NCBI GenBank assembly: GCA_051306295.1
Contig: JBPPMZ010000088.1
Span: 7,728 to 71,727, forward strand
Direction of reading: 5' to 3'
Length of the DNA: 64,000 nucleotides
Origin: Candidatus Limnocylindrales bacterium
GTDB taxonomy: Bacteria > Chloroflexota > Limnocylindria > Limnocylindrales > CSP1-4
A program made the position numbers and the translations under genes. The notes under the pieces are model-generated. The model saw only the letters and a list, made by a program, of their open reading frames with translations, did not search any database and had not been told where the DNA came from. This document shows positions 50,430 to 60,140 of the stretch, in pieces (position 1 is the first letter of the stretch; each line of letters starts with the position of its first letter).

Positions 50430-52253
50430 GTGTTGACGGGATCGGCGGCGCGGCGACGGATGTCCGGGGCGCAGGTGGTCGTGGACTACCTCACCCTCCA
50501 GGGAGTGCCGGTCGTGGCGGGTATCCCGGGCCATGGCAGCTGGGCCCTGACCGATGCCCTGCTCGATCGCCAGGACGAGATCCGCACGGTCCAGGTCATG
50601 CACGAGCAGTCGGCCGTCCACCTGGCCGACGGCTACTACCGGGCGACGGGTCGTCCGATCCTGGCCTTCACCAGCATCGGACCCGGAGCGACCAACACCG
50701 TCGTCGGGATGGCGACGGCCTTCGTCGATTCGACGGCTCTGGCGCTCATGACCGGATCGCCTCATACGTACATGCGCGGTGCCGGGCTCCTCCAGGAACT
50801 CGAGCGCCGGCATGTGGCTGACAACCCGCGGATCTTCGAACCGGTGGTCAAGGAGTGGTGGCAGCCGTCGAGGGTGGATGAGCTGCCGTTCGTCCTGCAC
50901 CGGGCCTGGAACCAGATGCTGTCCGGACGGCCCGGGCCGGTCCTCCTCGACCTGCCGATGGACGTGCAGGCCGACAGCGCCGACGTGCGCATGCCCGAAC
51001 CGGAGCGGCACGAGGCGCGCGGGCGCGTCCGTCCGGCGGCCGATGACATCGAACGCGCCGCGGTCCTGTTGCGCGCCGCGCAGCGGCCGGTCATCGTCGC
51101 CGGCGGCGGGGTGATCGGTGCGACCGCGTCGGCCGAGCTGACGGCCCTGGCCGAACGCCTGGGCGCGCCGGTCGTGACCACCTGGAACGGCAAAGGGGCG
51201 ATCGACGAGACCCATGCCCTGGCGGGGCTGACCATCGGCGATACCGCCTCCTCGTGCGGCAACGAGCTGGCGTCGCGCGCCGACGTCCTGCTCTCCGTCG
51301 GGAACCGGTTCACCGACTGGTCCGCCTCGTCGTATCGGGCCGGGATCACGTTCTCCATCCCGCCAACGCGGCTCATCCAGCTCGACATCGACCCGCGCGA
51401 GATCGGCAAGAATTACCCGGTCGAGGTCCCCCTCGTGGGCGATGCCCGGGCCGGGCTGGCCGATCTGCTGACCGCCCTTGGACCGGCCGACCCCCGGCGG
51501 GCGGATGCGCGCGCGGGCTATGCCGCCGAGATCACCCGACGCCGGGCCGACTGGCTCGCCGCCGTCGAGGTCCGGTCCGGCTCCCGGTCCAATCCGATGA
51601 CCATGGCTCGCGCCGTCCGCGAGGTCCAGGCCGCGACCGCCCACGACGCGGTCGTGGTGACTGGGGCGGGGTTGCCGCAGGGCATGGTCAAGCAGCGCTG
51701 GGTGACGCGCCAGCCGCGCACCCATCTGACATCGGGCGGTTTCTCCACGATGGGTTTCGAACTCCCGGCGGCGATCGGCGCCCAGCTCGCCCTGCCCGGC
51801 CGCCAGGTCGTGTCGATCTCCGGTGACGGCAGCTTCCTGCAGTCGATGCAGGAACTCCAGACGGCGGTTCTCGCCGACACGCCAGTCTGCGCCGTCGTCC
51901 TCGACAACTCGGGCTGGATCAGCATCAAGGGCGGCCAGGAAGCGGTCTTCGGACGGGCGGCGTGGACGGACTTCGTCACCCCGGACGGCGCTCCGTACTC
52001 CGCGGATTTCGCGGCCATCGGCCGGGCCTTTGGGATCCACGCGGAGACCGTCGAGGACCCCGACGATGTCCGGCCAGCGGTGGCCCGTGCGCTGGCGTCG
52101 GGCGGGCCATCGCTCGTCCACGTCAAGGTCGACCGCGACCTAGCGACAGCCGGACCGGAGAAGACCGGCTGGTGGGACGCTCCGAGCCCGGAACTGCATC
52201 CCGAGCAGCGCGCCCGTTGGGCCGCCGGCGTCGCCCAGGAGCAACATCGATGA
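50430..52253 (+). CDS. iolD: Thiamine-diphosphate-dependent enzyme, IolD-like (3D-(3,5/4)-trihydroxycyclohexane-1,2-dione hydrolase) by context
   Basis: ThDP N-terminal domain (GIPGHGSWALTDAL...MHEQSAVHLADGYYRATG...GPGATN) and the C-terminal ThDP-binding motif GDGSFLQSMQEL. The assignment to IolD rather than an acetolactate-synthase-like enzyme rests on neighbours. The start could be GTG 50430 or TTG 50433. Confidence 0.7.
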   Translation: MLTGSAARRRMSGAQVVVDYLTLQGVPVVAGIPGHGSWALTDALLDRQDEIRTVQVMHEQSAVHLADGYYRATGRPILAFTSIGPGATNTVVGMATAFVDSTALALMTGSPHTYMRGAGLLQELERRHVADNPRIFEPVVKEWWQPSRVDELPFVLHRAWNQMLSGRPGPVLLDLPMDVQADSADVRMPEPERHEARGRVRPAADDIERAAVLLRAAQRPVIVAGGGVIGATASAELTALAERLGAPVVTTWNGKGAIDETHALAGLTIGDTASSCGNELASRADVLLSVGNRFTDWSASSYRAGITFSIPPTRLIQLDIDPREIGKNYPVEVPLVGDARAGLADLLTALGPADPRRADARAGYAAEITRRRADWLAAVEVRSGSRSNPMTMARAVREVQAATAHDAVVVTGAGLPQGMVKQRWVTRQPRTHLTSGGFSTMGFELPAAIGAQLALPGRQVVSISGDGSFLQSMQELQTAVLADTPVCAVVLDNSGWISIKGGQEAVFGRAAWTDFVTPDGAPYSADFAAIGRAFGIHAETVEDPDDVRPAVARALASGGPSLVHVKVDRDLATAGPEKTGWWDAPSPELHPEQRARWAAGVAQEQHR

Positions 52254-53206
52254 TCGATCGCCCCGCGCTTCGTCGCCCGGGCGACGCTCTGCCCGGAGCC
52301 CGGATCGGGACGGTGCCGATCCAGTGGAACAACGTCGACGTCGTCGAGCTGCGCCACGGCACCGATGCGGACACGATCCTGGACGAGATCGCGAGGACGG
52401 GCTACCAGGGCACCCAGCTCGGGATCGGGTTCGCGGAAGGTGACGACCTCCGCTCCGCGCTGACAGCCCGTGGCCTGGCCTTGGCTGAGGTCTACGCCGC
52501 CCTGCCGGCCACGGTCGACGGACCGCACCCGGACGCTGGCGCGATCGGGCGCGAACGGCTGGCCCGGCTGCATGCCGGCGGTGGCGAGGTCCTGTGCCTC
52601 GCCCTTGACGGGTCCCCGGGACGCCAGGAGCGAGCCGGTCGCGCCGGAGCGCGGGGCACACCGATCCTGACCGATGCCGGCTGGGCCGCCCTGGCCGACG
52701 CGATCCACGGGATCGCCGCGGAGGCGGCGACGCTGGGCCATCGGACGGTCTTCCACCCACATGCCGGGACGTTCGTGGAGACCCGGGCGGAGGTCGACCG
52801 ATTCGTGGCCGAGACGGATCCCGCCCGCGTGGGGATCTGCCTCGATGTGGGCCATCTGCTGGTCGGCGGTGGCGACCCGGTCGAGACGTTGCTGGCCCTC
52901 GGCGAACGCGTGACCCATCTTCACCTCAAAGACGTCGACCCGGTCGTGCTGGGACGGCTGCGCCACGGCGAGATCGCCGACTTCGGTGCCGCCATCCGGG
53001 CACGCCTGTTCACGGAACTCGGGGCGGGGATGCTCGACCTGGACGGCGTGATCGAGGTCCTGGAGGCGCGCGACTATGATGGCTGGCTGATGGTCGAACA
53101 GGACAGTTGTTGGGGTCCCCCATCGGAAAGTGCAGCCATCGGCCGCCGGGTCCTGGCCGGCGCGTTGCGGCGGGCCGGCGCCGGAGCGAGGCAGGTCGGG
53201 CCATGA
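52250..53206 (+). CDS. iolE: Inosose dehydratase-like xylose-isomerase-fold TIM-barrel protein (IolE-like)
   Basis: IGTVPIQWNNVD...ILDEIARTGYQGTQLG..., then HPHAGTFVET and ...LHLKDV...GWLMVEQD. The ATG at 52250 overlaps the iolD stop (ATGA). Confidence 0.7.
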   Translation: MIDRPALRRPGDALPGARIGTVPIQWNNVDVVELRHGTDADTILDEIARTGYQGTQLGIGFAEGDDLRSALTARGLALAEVYAALPATVDGPHPDAGAIGRERLARLHAGGGEVLCLALDGSPGRQERAGRAGARGTPILTDAGWAALADAIHGIAAEAATLGHRTVFHPHAGTFVETRAEVDRFVAETDPARVGICLDVGHLLVGGGDPVETLLALGERVTHLHLKDVDPVVLGRLRHGEIADFGAAIRARLFTELGAGMLDLDGVIEVLEARDYDGWLMVEQDSCWGPPSESAAIGRRVLAGALRRAGAGARQVGP

Positions 53207-54201
53207 GGATCGCCCTGCTGGGCGCCGGCCGGATCGGGCACCTCCACGCTCGCCTGCTGACCGCGACGCCGGGCGTGGACCAGGTCATCGTCGCGGACGC
53301 CGACGCCGGGCGGGCAGTGGAGGCCGCGGCGGCGGTCGGGGGCGTGGCGGCCCCATCGCTCGAGGCGGCCCTCGATGCGTCCGACGCGGTCGTGATCGCG
53401 GCGGCCACGACGGCGCATGCCGAACTCGTCCGCGCCGCGATCGCCCGTCGACTGCCGACCTTCTGCGAGAAGCCGCTGGCCGCCGACCTCGGTGATTCGA
53501 TCGCCCTGGCGGCGGAGATCGAGCGCAGTGGCACGCCGTTCCAGTTGGGCTTCCAGCGTCGCTTCGACCCGGCCTACCGCGAAGCGCGCCGACTGGTGGA
53601 GAGTGGCGAGCTCGGAACGCTGTATGCGGTCCGCCTCACTGGCCATGACCCGGCGCCACCCCATGAGGCCTACATCCCACAATCGGGCGGCCTGTTCCGC
53701 GACTTCTCGATCCACGACTTCGACGTGCTGCGCTGGCTGACCGGCTGCGAGGTGGAGGAGGTCTATGCCGATGGCGGCGTACGGGGCTTCCCGATATTCG
53801 CCAGGTATGGCGACGTCGACACGGCGGTCGCCACGCTGCGCCTGGTCGATGGGCCGTTCGCGGTCCTGACCACGACCCGCCATGATCCACTCGGCTATGA
53901 CGTCCGGACCGAGCTGTTCGGCTCGGGCGACAGCGTCTCGGTTGGGTATGGTCCGCAGACGCCGCTGCGCTCAGTCGAGCCCGGCGTACCGCCACCGGCC
54001 GGCCCTGCCTGGAGCGACTTCATGGTCCGTTTCGAAGCGGCCTACGCGGCCGAGTTCGCCGCCTTCCTCCCGGTCGCCCGGGGCGAGACCCCCAGTCCAT
54101 GCACAGCCGCGGACGGCGTGGCCGCACTTCGGGTCGCCGAGGCCGCCACCCGCGCACTCCACGAGCACCGACCGGTGCGTCTCGCTGAGATCCCCAGCTG
54201 A
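53203..54201 (+). CDS. iolG: Gfo/Idh/MocA-family oxidoreductase, myo-inositol 2-dehydrogenase-like
   Basis: MRIALLGAGRIGHLHARLL is a Rossmann N-terminus. EKPLA follows, and the C-terminal alpha/beta domain is present. The ATG at 53203 overlaps the iolE stop (ATGA). Confidence 0.7.
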   Translation: MRIALLGAGRIGHLHARLLTATPGVDQVIVADADAGRAVEAAAAVGGVAAPSLEAALDASDAVVIAAATTAHAELVRAAIARRLPTFCEKPLAADLGDSIALAAEIERSGTPFQLGFQRRFDPAYREARRLVESGELGTLYAVRLTGHDPAPPHEAYIPQSGGLFRDFSIHDFDVLRWLTGCEVEEVYADGGVRGFPIFARYGDVDTAVATLRLVDGPFAVLTTTRHDPLGYDVRTELFGSGDSVSVGYGPQTPLRSVEPGVPPPAGPAWSDFMVRFEAAYAAEFAAFLPVARGETPSPCTAADGVAALRVAEAATRALHEHRPVRLAEIPS

Positions 54202-54369
54202 CGGCGCCGCCGGCAGCAGCCCGGGGTCCACCACCGACGCCATGAAAGGAGGGCACGTGACGACCAGGTCCGCTGGTCGTGACCCACGACAGCCGAGACC
54301 GGCGCCCGATGCGTCGATCCGGTCAGAACGAGCGACGCCCGTCGCGATTGGAGCAGGAGAACGAACGGC

Positions 54370-55386
54370 ATGAAACTGCGAACCACCCTTGCCGCCCTCG
54401 CCGGTCTGGCGATGATCGCCAGCGCCTGTCAGGCCGCCACCCCGTCCGCCAGTGGCGGCGCACCCGCCGGCGGCCCCGAGGGCGCGCTCGTCCAGCGAAG
54501 CGCCATCACGATCGAGGTGGTCACTCACGGCCAGGCCATCGATGGCTTCTGGGGTGTCGTCCGCAACGGCGTCACCGCCGCGGCCAACGACATGGGCGTG
54601 ACCGTCAACTACAGCGCCCCGGACACCGAGAGCGACATGGTCAAGATGTCGCAACTCATCGACGCCGCGGTCGCCAAGAAGCCGACCGGCATCGTCGTCT
54701 CGATCCCCAACCCGGATGCCCTGAGTGGGGCGATCGAAAAGGCGATCGCGGCCGGCATCCCGGTCGTATCGATGAACTCGGGCTCCGACGTCTTCCGCGA
54801 TCTGGGGGTGATCGCCCATGTCGGACAGACAGAGTACGAGGCCGGGTTGGGGGCCGGTGAGCGATTCAAGGAGGCCGGGGTCAAGAACGCGGTCTGCTTC
54901 AACCAGGAAGTCGGCAACCAGGCCCTGACGCTTCGCTGCAACGGGTTCTTCATGGGCCTCACCGGGAGCGAGGACGGGCAGGTCCTGACCGGCCAGATCT
55001 CCGATCCGGCGGGCATGCAGGCCGCCATCGAGGCCGCCTTCGGGGCCGACGCCACGATCGACGGCATCCTCACCCTCGGCCCGTCGGTCGCGGTCCCCGC
55101 CCTCGCCGCCATCGAGGCCGCCGGCAAGTCCGGCAGCGTCAAGGCCGCCACCTTCGACCTCAGCCCCGATGTCCTGACCGCCATCAAGGACGGCAAGATG
55201 GAGTTCGCCATCGACCAGCAGCAGTACCTCCAGGGGTACCTGCCCATCGTCATCCTCACCCAGTACGCCGAGACGCGGAATCTGCCGACCGGTAACGGCC
55301 AGGGCCTGGTCATGACCGGCCCGGGCTTCGTCACCAAGGACAACGCGGAGGCGGTCATCGCCCTCGCGGCAGCCGGTCTGCGCTAG
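54370..55386 (+). CDS. Sugar ABC transporter substrate-binding lipoprotein (periplasmic-binding-protein type I fold)
   Basis: [20 protein letters not shown] has a lipobox. Then ...[20 protein letters not shown]...[11 protein letters not shown]...IPVVSMNSG. Confidence 0.85.
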   Translation: MKLRTTLAALAGLAMIASACQAATPSASGGAPAGGPEGALVQRSAITIEVVTHGQAIDGFWGVVRNGVTAAANDMGVTVNYSAPDTESDMVKMSQLIDAAVAKKPTGIVVSIPNPDALSGAIEKAIAAGIPVVSMNSGSDVFRDLGVIAHVGQTEYEAGLGAGERFKEAGVKNAVCFNQEVGNQALTLRCNGFFMGLTGSEDGQVLTGQISDPAGMQAAIEAAFGADATIDGILTLGPSVAVPALAAIEAAGKSGSVKAATFDLSPDVLTAIKDGKMEFAIDQQQYLQGYLPIVILTQYAETRNLPTGNGQGLVMTGPGFVTKDNAEAVIALAAAGLR

Positions 55387-55393
55387 TCGGTCG

Positions 55394-55453
55394 CGCGACG
55401 CCGGGCAGACCGGCGTCGCGAGAGGGGTCGGATCGGGAGATCCGACTCCTCTC
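55394..55453 (+). other. Two adjacent strong stem-loops between the binding-protein and permease genes
   Basis: Hairpin 1: CGCGACGCCGG GCAGA CCGGCGTCGCG (11-bp stem, 55394-55420). Hairpin 2: GAGAGGGGTCGGATC GGGA GATCCGACTCCTCTC (15-bp stem with one G-U pair, 55420-55453). The GGAGGA RBS of the permease follows. Confidence 0.6.
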
Positions 55454-55471
55454 ACCAGTACCGGAGGAGAC

Positions 55472-56563
55472 ATGGCGACCACTAGTACGCCCAGCGCCGG
55501 CCGCGGCCCGGCCGGACCGGCACCGTCGTCGTACCGGCTTCGACGCCTGCCGCTCTATCAGCGGCTTCTCGCCCGGCCAGCGACCGGGGCGGCGTTGATC
55601 GCGGTCTTCGTCTGGGTCGTCTTCGCCGTCATCGACCTTGCCAATGGCGGCACTTCGCCATTCCTGCAGCCTGACGGCACCCTCAACTACATCGATGTGG
55701 CCGCGCAGGTCGGCATCATCGGGACGTCCGTGGCCCTGCTCATGATCGCTGGTGAATTCGACCTCTCGATCGGTGCCCTGGTCGGATTCTCCGGCATCGC
55801 TATCGGCATCCTGTCTGCGGAGGCGGGTCTGCCGTTGTGGCTGTCGATCGTCCTCGCGATCGCCCTGACCACGATGCTCGGCGCCGTCAACGGCTGGCTC
55901 GTGGTCCGGACCAACCTGCCGTCGTTCATCGTCACCCTGGCCACCCTGTTCATCATCCGGGGCGCCACCCAGGCGCTCACCGCGCAGATCACCAACATCA
56001 CGTTCATACCGATCGATCGGGCCGTCGTTGCCGCCGACCCGATCGCCTGGATGTTCAACTGGAGTGTGCCGATCTTCGAGCGGGCGGAGATCAAGGCCTC
56101 GATGTTCTGGTGGATCGTGCTGACCCTGGCGGGCAGCTACCTGTTCGCCCGGACCCGGTTCGGCAACTGGATCGCCGGTGTGGGTGGCAGCAACGCCGCG
56201 GCACGCAACCTGGGGGTGCCGGTGATGCGGGTGAAGATCGCCCTGTTCGCCGTCACCGGGTTCTCGGCCGCCATCCTGGGAACCGTCCAGAGCATGACCT
56301 TCTTCTCGGCTGACGTGCTCCGTGGACGAGGCATGGAGCTCGACGCCATCGCCACCTCGGTCATCGGTGGGACCCTCCTGACCGGTGGTTACGGGTCGGT
56401 GGTTGGGGCGGCCGTCGGGGCCCTTGCCCTGGGCATGGCCCGGATCGGCATCGTGTTCGCCAACATCAACGCGGACTGGTACTTCGTCGCGATCGGGACG
56501 CTCCTGCTCGTGGCCGTCGTCCTCAACAAGTGGATCCGGCGCCGCTTTGCCGGACTGGCCTAG
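55472..56563 (+). CDS. Sugar ABC transporter permease (ribose/xylose/fructose-type)
   Basis: A polytopic membrane protein of ~10 hydrophobic segments, with ...IAGEFDLSIGALVG... and ...GGTLLTGGYGSVVGA, typical of RbsC/FrcC-type permeases. Confidence 0.85.
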   Translation: MATTSTPSAGRGPAGPAPSSYRLRRLPLYQRLLARPATGAALIAVFVWVVFAVIDLANGGTSPFLQPDGTLNYIDVAAQVGIIGTSVALLMIAGEFDLSIGALVGFSGIAIGILSAEAGLPLWLSIVLAIALTTMLGAVNGWLVVRTNLPSFIVTLATLFIIRGATQALTAQITNITFIPIDRAVVAADPIAWMFNWSVPIFERAEIKASMFWWIVLTLAGSYLFARTRFGNWIAGVGGSNAAARNLGVPVMRVKIALFAVTGFSAAILGTVQSMTFFSADVLRGRGMELDAIATSVIGGTLLTGGYGSVVGAAVGALALGMARIGIVFANINADWYFVAIGTLLLVAVVLNKWIRRRFAGLA

Positions 56564-56575
56564 GAGGGCCGTCCC

Positions 56576-57466
56576 ATGGAATCCCGGTCGATCGATCCCC
56601 TGGTCCTGGACATCCCGCCGGCGCCGTTCGTAGACGAGGATGCCGCGCCGTTGCTGGAGGCCCGTGATGTCTCCAAGTATTTCGGGGCCGTGGTCGCCAT
56701 CGAGGACGTCTCGCTTACCGTCCGCGCCGGCCGCATCACCTGCCTGCTGGGCGACAACGGTGCGGGCAAGTCGACCCTGATCAAAACCCTGTCCGGCGTG
56801 CACGTACCGGACAAGGGCACGCTCGCCGTGGACGGCCAGCCCGTGCGCTTCGACTCACCGCGCGACGCGCTGGACGCGGGCGTGGCGACGGTGTACCAGG
56901 ACCTCGCGATCATGCCCCTGATGAGCGTGACCCGGAACTTCTTCCTCGGCAATGAGCCGACGGTGGGGGCCGGCCCGATGAAGCGCTTCGACCTGCCCCG
57001 AGCCGCCCGGGTAGCCCACGAGGAGATGCAGCGCATCGGCATCGATGTGCGCGACACGGACCAGGCGGTCGGGACGCTGTCGGGCGGTGAGCGCCAGACC
57101 CTGGCCATCGCCCGCGCGGAGTACTTCGGCGCTCGGGTCCTGATCCTCGACGAACCCACGTCGGCGCTCGGGGTCAAGCAGTCCGCCTTCGTCCTGCGCC
57201 ACATCATCGCCGCCCGGAACCGCGGACTGGGAGTCATCTTCATCACCCACAACGTCCAGCACGCCCTGCCCATCGGCGACACGTTCACGATCCTGTCCCG
57301 CGGCCGGATCAGCGGCACGTTCGAGCGCGGCGAGATGGACGCCGAGCGACTTCATCGTGAGATGGGCGGCGGCGACGAGCTGTTCGACCTGTCCCGCGAG
57401 CTGGAGGCACTGGCCGCATCGGATCGGCGGCCGCCTGTCCAGCACCGCTCGTCGGGGCAGGTCTGA
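56576..57466 (+). CDS. ABC transporter ATP-binding protein (single NBD)
   Basis: Walker [11 protein letters not shown], signature LSGGERQ, and Walker [13 protein letters not shown]. Confidence 0.9.
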   Translation: MESRSIDPLVLDIPPAPFVDEDAAPLLEARDVSKYFGAVVAIEDVSLTVRAGRITCLLGDNGAGKSTLIKTLSGVHVPDKGTLAVDGQPVRFDSPRDALDAGVATVYQDLAIMPLMSVTRNFFLGNEPTVGAGPMKRFDLPRAARVAHEEMQRIGIDVRDTDQAVGTLSGGERQTLAIARAEYFGARVLILDEPTSALGVKQSAFVLRHIIAARNRGLGVIFITHNVQHALPIGDTFTILSRGRISGTFERGEMDAERLHREMGGGDELFDLSRELEALAASDRRPPVQHRSSGQV

Positions 57467-57503
57467 GGACGTTGGGCTACGCGGACCGGCGCGCTATCGG
57501 AAC

Positions 57504-58532
57504 ATGAACGTCACCATCGGCGACGTCGCGCGGCGAGCGGGCGTCTCGACGGCGACGGTCAGCCGCGTCCTGGCCGGGTTGGGTGGTGCCCGTCCCGATA
57601 CCCAGCGCCGGGTGCTGGACGCGGCGCAGGCCCTCGACTATCGGCCGTCGGACATCGCCCGCGCGCTCAAGCGCCGGTCGACCCAGACGCTGGGGTTGAT
57701 CGTCACGGACATCGAGAATCCGTACTTCCCCCAGCTGGTGCGGTCGGTGGAGGACGCCGCTCGGGCCGGGGGTTACGCAGTCCTGCTGTGCAACGCCGCG
57801 GACGACGCCGAGCGCGAAACGTTCTACCTGGATCTCCTGGTCGATCGCCGGGTCGACGGGCTGATCATCGCCGCCAGCAGCCTGGGCGTGCGCCATCACG
57901 AGTGGCTCGCCGGCGTGCGCCTTCCGGTCGTGCTCGTCAACACCCAGGCCGACGGCGTGGACCTGCCATGCATCACCTCCGACAACCAGGCGGGCGGCCG
58001 ATTGGCGGCGGAGCACCTGCTCGGCCTGGGCCACCGGCGGTTCGGGCACCTTACGGCCCCGGCGCGCAACGTCGATGGTCCCGACCGCCTGGCCGGGGCG
58101 CGTCGGGCGCTGGCCGACGCGGGTCTTGGCGTCGAGCCGGCGGTGGTGGTCGTCGGCGATCCGCTGGTCGGCGGCGGCGAAGCGGCCATGCACGATCTGC
58201 TCGATCGAGCGCCGGACGTGACGGCGGTCATCACCTACAACGACCTCATGGCCATCGGTGCCATGCGCGCCCTCCGCCAGCGCAACTACCGGGTGCCCCA
58301 CGATGTCAGCCTGGTCGGCTTTGACGACGTCGCATTCGCGGCGTACGTGGATCCCCCACTGACGACCATCGCCCAGGGCACCGTCGAGATGGGCGCCTGG
58401 GCGGTGGACCAGCTGACCCGCCGATTGCGTTCCGAGGTCACCGAGCAGCCGGCACCGACCGTCCGCTTGCCCGTCCACCTGGTGATCCGCGAATCGACGG
58501 GCTGTCCGCCGGCGGTGCTGCCCGCCCCGTGA
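57504..58532 (+). CDS. LacI-family transcriptional regulator
   Basis: The start is at ATG 57504. MNVTIGDVARRAGVSTATVSRVLAG is the LacI HTH. It is followed by a periplasmic-binding-protein-like effector domain. Confidence 0.9.
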   Translation: MNVTIGDVARRAGVSTATVSRVLAGLGGARPDTQRRVLDAAQALDYRPSDIARALKRRSTQTLGLIVTDIENPYFPQLVRSVEDAARAGGYAVLLCNAADDAERETFYLDLLVDRRVDGLIIAASSLGVRHHEWLAGVRLPVVLVNTQADGVDLPCITSDNQAGGRLAAEHLLGLGHRRFGHLTAPARNVDGPDRLAGARRALADAGLGVEPAVVVVGDPLVGGGEAAMHDLLDRAPDVTAVITYNDLMAIGAMRALRQRNYRVPHDVSLVGFDDVAFAAYVDPPLTTIAQGTVEMGAWAVDQLTRRLRSEVTEQPAPTVRLPVHLVIRESTGCPPAVLPAP

Positions 58533-58588
58533 CGGCCCTCCGCCCACGCCCGGCACCTCGGGGCCGACCAGACCGACGCGTGACGCCG

Positions 58589-59605
58589 TCAGGCCGGGTG
58601 GATCGGGTCCACCGGATCGAGCGGGTCCACGGCGTCGCCCGTGTGGCCGACGATTCCGACCCGCGCATCCACCGCCGGCCGGAGCGCCCGCCCGACGTGC
58701 TCGCGGACCCGACGCCGGCGGACGGCCACGAGATCCGGGACGCCCGCCAGGCCGATGCCCTCGACGGCGAGCGAGCCAGCGGCGGCAGCGAACCGAAGGT
58801 CCGGACCATCCGCCCGCCGAGCACCAGGACCCGCGACACTCGGCTGGACAGCACTGGCCAGCAACGCAGCGAGGAAGGTGTCGCCCGCGCCGGTGGGATC
58901 CACCTCGCGATCGGTCCGGGTGGGCAGGAAGCGCAGGACCTCGATCGGGTCCCGGCCCCCGCGCCGCACGAGCAGGCCGCCGCGTTCCCCCTGCGTGACC
59001 AGCAGCCGGGCCCCGGGCGAGATCAGCGCGACGAGGTCGGACAGGCGGGTCGCTGGATCGACATCGTGATGACTGACCCCGACCAGATCCGCTCGCCGCA
59101 GGAGCGCGTTGGACACCGGCGGCCGGCGCACCACCCGCTGACCGGCCACGAGGGTGCGCAGCATCCCCTGCCAGCCGACCGCCACCGTTGCGCCGGCGGG
59201 GATCGCCTCGATCCAGGCCTCGCCGACTTCATCGGCCACCGGCACCAGGGACCAGCCGGCGGCGGCCAACCAGGATGCCGGCAGCGCCTGGGGATCCAGC
59301 GGGACGCCCGGCGCGACCACGATCTGGACGCGCCCGGTCGCGGTCTCGGCGTTGTGGAAGACGGGGCTCTCCGCCAGCGGGACGAGGTGGAGCTGGACAC
59401 CGGCCGCGCGCAGCGCCTCGAGTTCGGTCGCCTCGGCGGCCGGCCGGTCGACGCCGACCACCGCGCCGGTCCGTAGACCCAGGCGAGCGGTCGTGAGCGC
59501 GGCGTACGTGACGCCCCCACCCAGCCGCCAGCCACGCGGGTCGTCCGGCGCGACATCGCGTGCGGCCGAGCCGACATGGACGACGTCGAGGGCTTGTCGG
59601 GACAT
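58589..59605 (-). CDS. PfkB-family carbohydrate kinase, a possible IolC-like kinase by context
   Basis: The N-terminal GG-containing lid region and the C-terminal DPTGAGDTFLAALLA motif are present. Confidence 0.75.
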   Translation of the reverse strand: MSRQALDVVHVGSAARDVAPDDPRGWRLGGGVTYAALTTARLGLRTGAVVGVDRPAAEATELEALRAAGVQLHLVPLAESPVFHNAETATGRVQIVVAPGVPLDPQALPASWLAAAGWSLVPVADEVGEAWIEAIPAGATVAVGWQGMLRTLVAGQRVVRRPPVSNALLRRADLVGVSHHDVDPATRLSDLVALISPGARLLVTQGERGGLLVRRGGRDPIEVLRFLPTRTDREVDPTGAGDTFLAALLASAVQPSVAGPGARRADGPDLRFAAAAGSLAVEGIGLAGVPDLVAVRRRRVREHVGRALRPAVDARVGIVGHTGDAVDPLDPVDPIHPA

Positions 59606-59661
59606 GCCACCTCCGAGCGTATACTGCGCGACCGGACCGTCAAGATGGAGTCGATCGAGCC

Positions 59662-60060
59662 TTGTTCTTCTACGAGTTACACGAGGGCGACGCCGAGGTC
59701 TACTCGGATGTGCTCGTCGTGAGCGAGTCGGAATGGGAGCCCCAGGAGTTCTTCGACCTCGTCCAGCGCATCCGCCGCGACGTCCAGGACCACTTCACCC
59801 ACGACACGCTCATCGAGTCGATCGCCGCCGCGCTGGAACGCGACTATGGGTTCATCTTCGTCAGCGACGAGCAGCTCATCGCCGCCGTCAACGTGTCGAC
59901 CGTGGAGGAAGAGAACTTCCTGGCCGACCTCGGGATGGAAGACGACGACGATGACGATGACGACGACGAGAACGAGGAAGAGGGCGGCGACCAGTTGTCG
60001 GGCGACTTCCGGACCATCCTCGCCGAGTTCGACCCTGAGGGCGAGGCTCGCCTCAACTGA
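59662..60060 (+). CDS. Small, highly acidic hypothetical protein containing a run of nine consecutive Asp codons
   Basis: TTG start at 59662, 11 nt after GGAG. The product reads (M)FFYELHEGDAEVYSDVLVVSESEWEPQEFFDLVQRIRRDV...GMEDDDDDDDDDENEEEGGDQ. I recognise no motif. Confidence 0.4.
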   Translation: MFFYELHEGDAEVYSDVLVVSESEWEPQEFFDLVQRIRRDVQDHFTHDTLIESIAAALERDYGFIFVSDEQLIAAVNVSTVEEENFLADLGMEDDDDDDDDDENEEEGGDQLSGDFRTILAEFDPEGEARLN

Positions 60061-60140
60061 ACCCGCGACCGGTACCCCTGCCGTGACCGCACCGGCAAGC
60101 AGATGCCCTCTTCGGCGAGTGATCCTGGGCCACAGCGCAC

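Noticed and set aside
50412-52966. 569-aa and 482-aa minus-strand ORFs opposite iolD and iolE
   Set aside because: They are antisense to genes with ThDP and TIM-barrel motifs, and no motifs of their own were seen.
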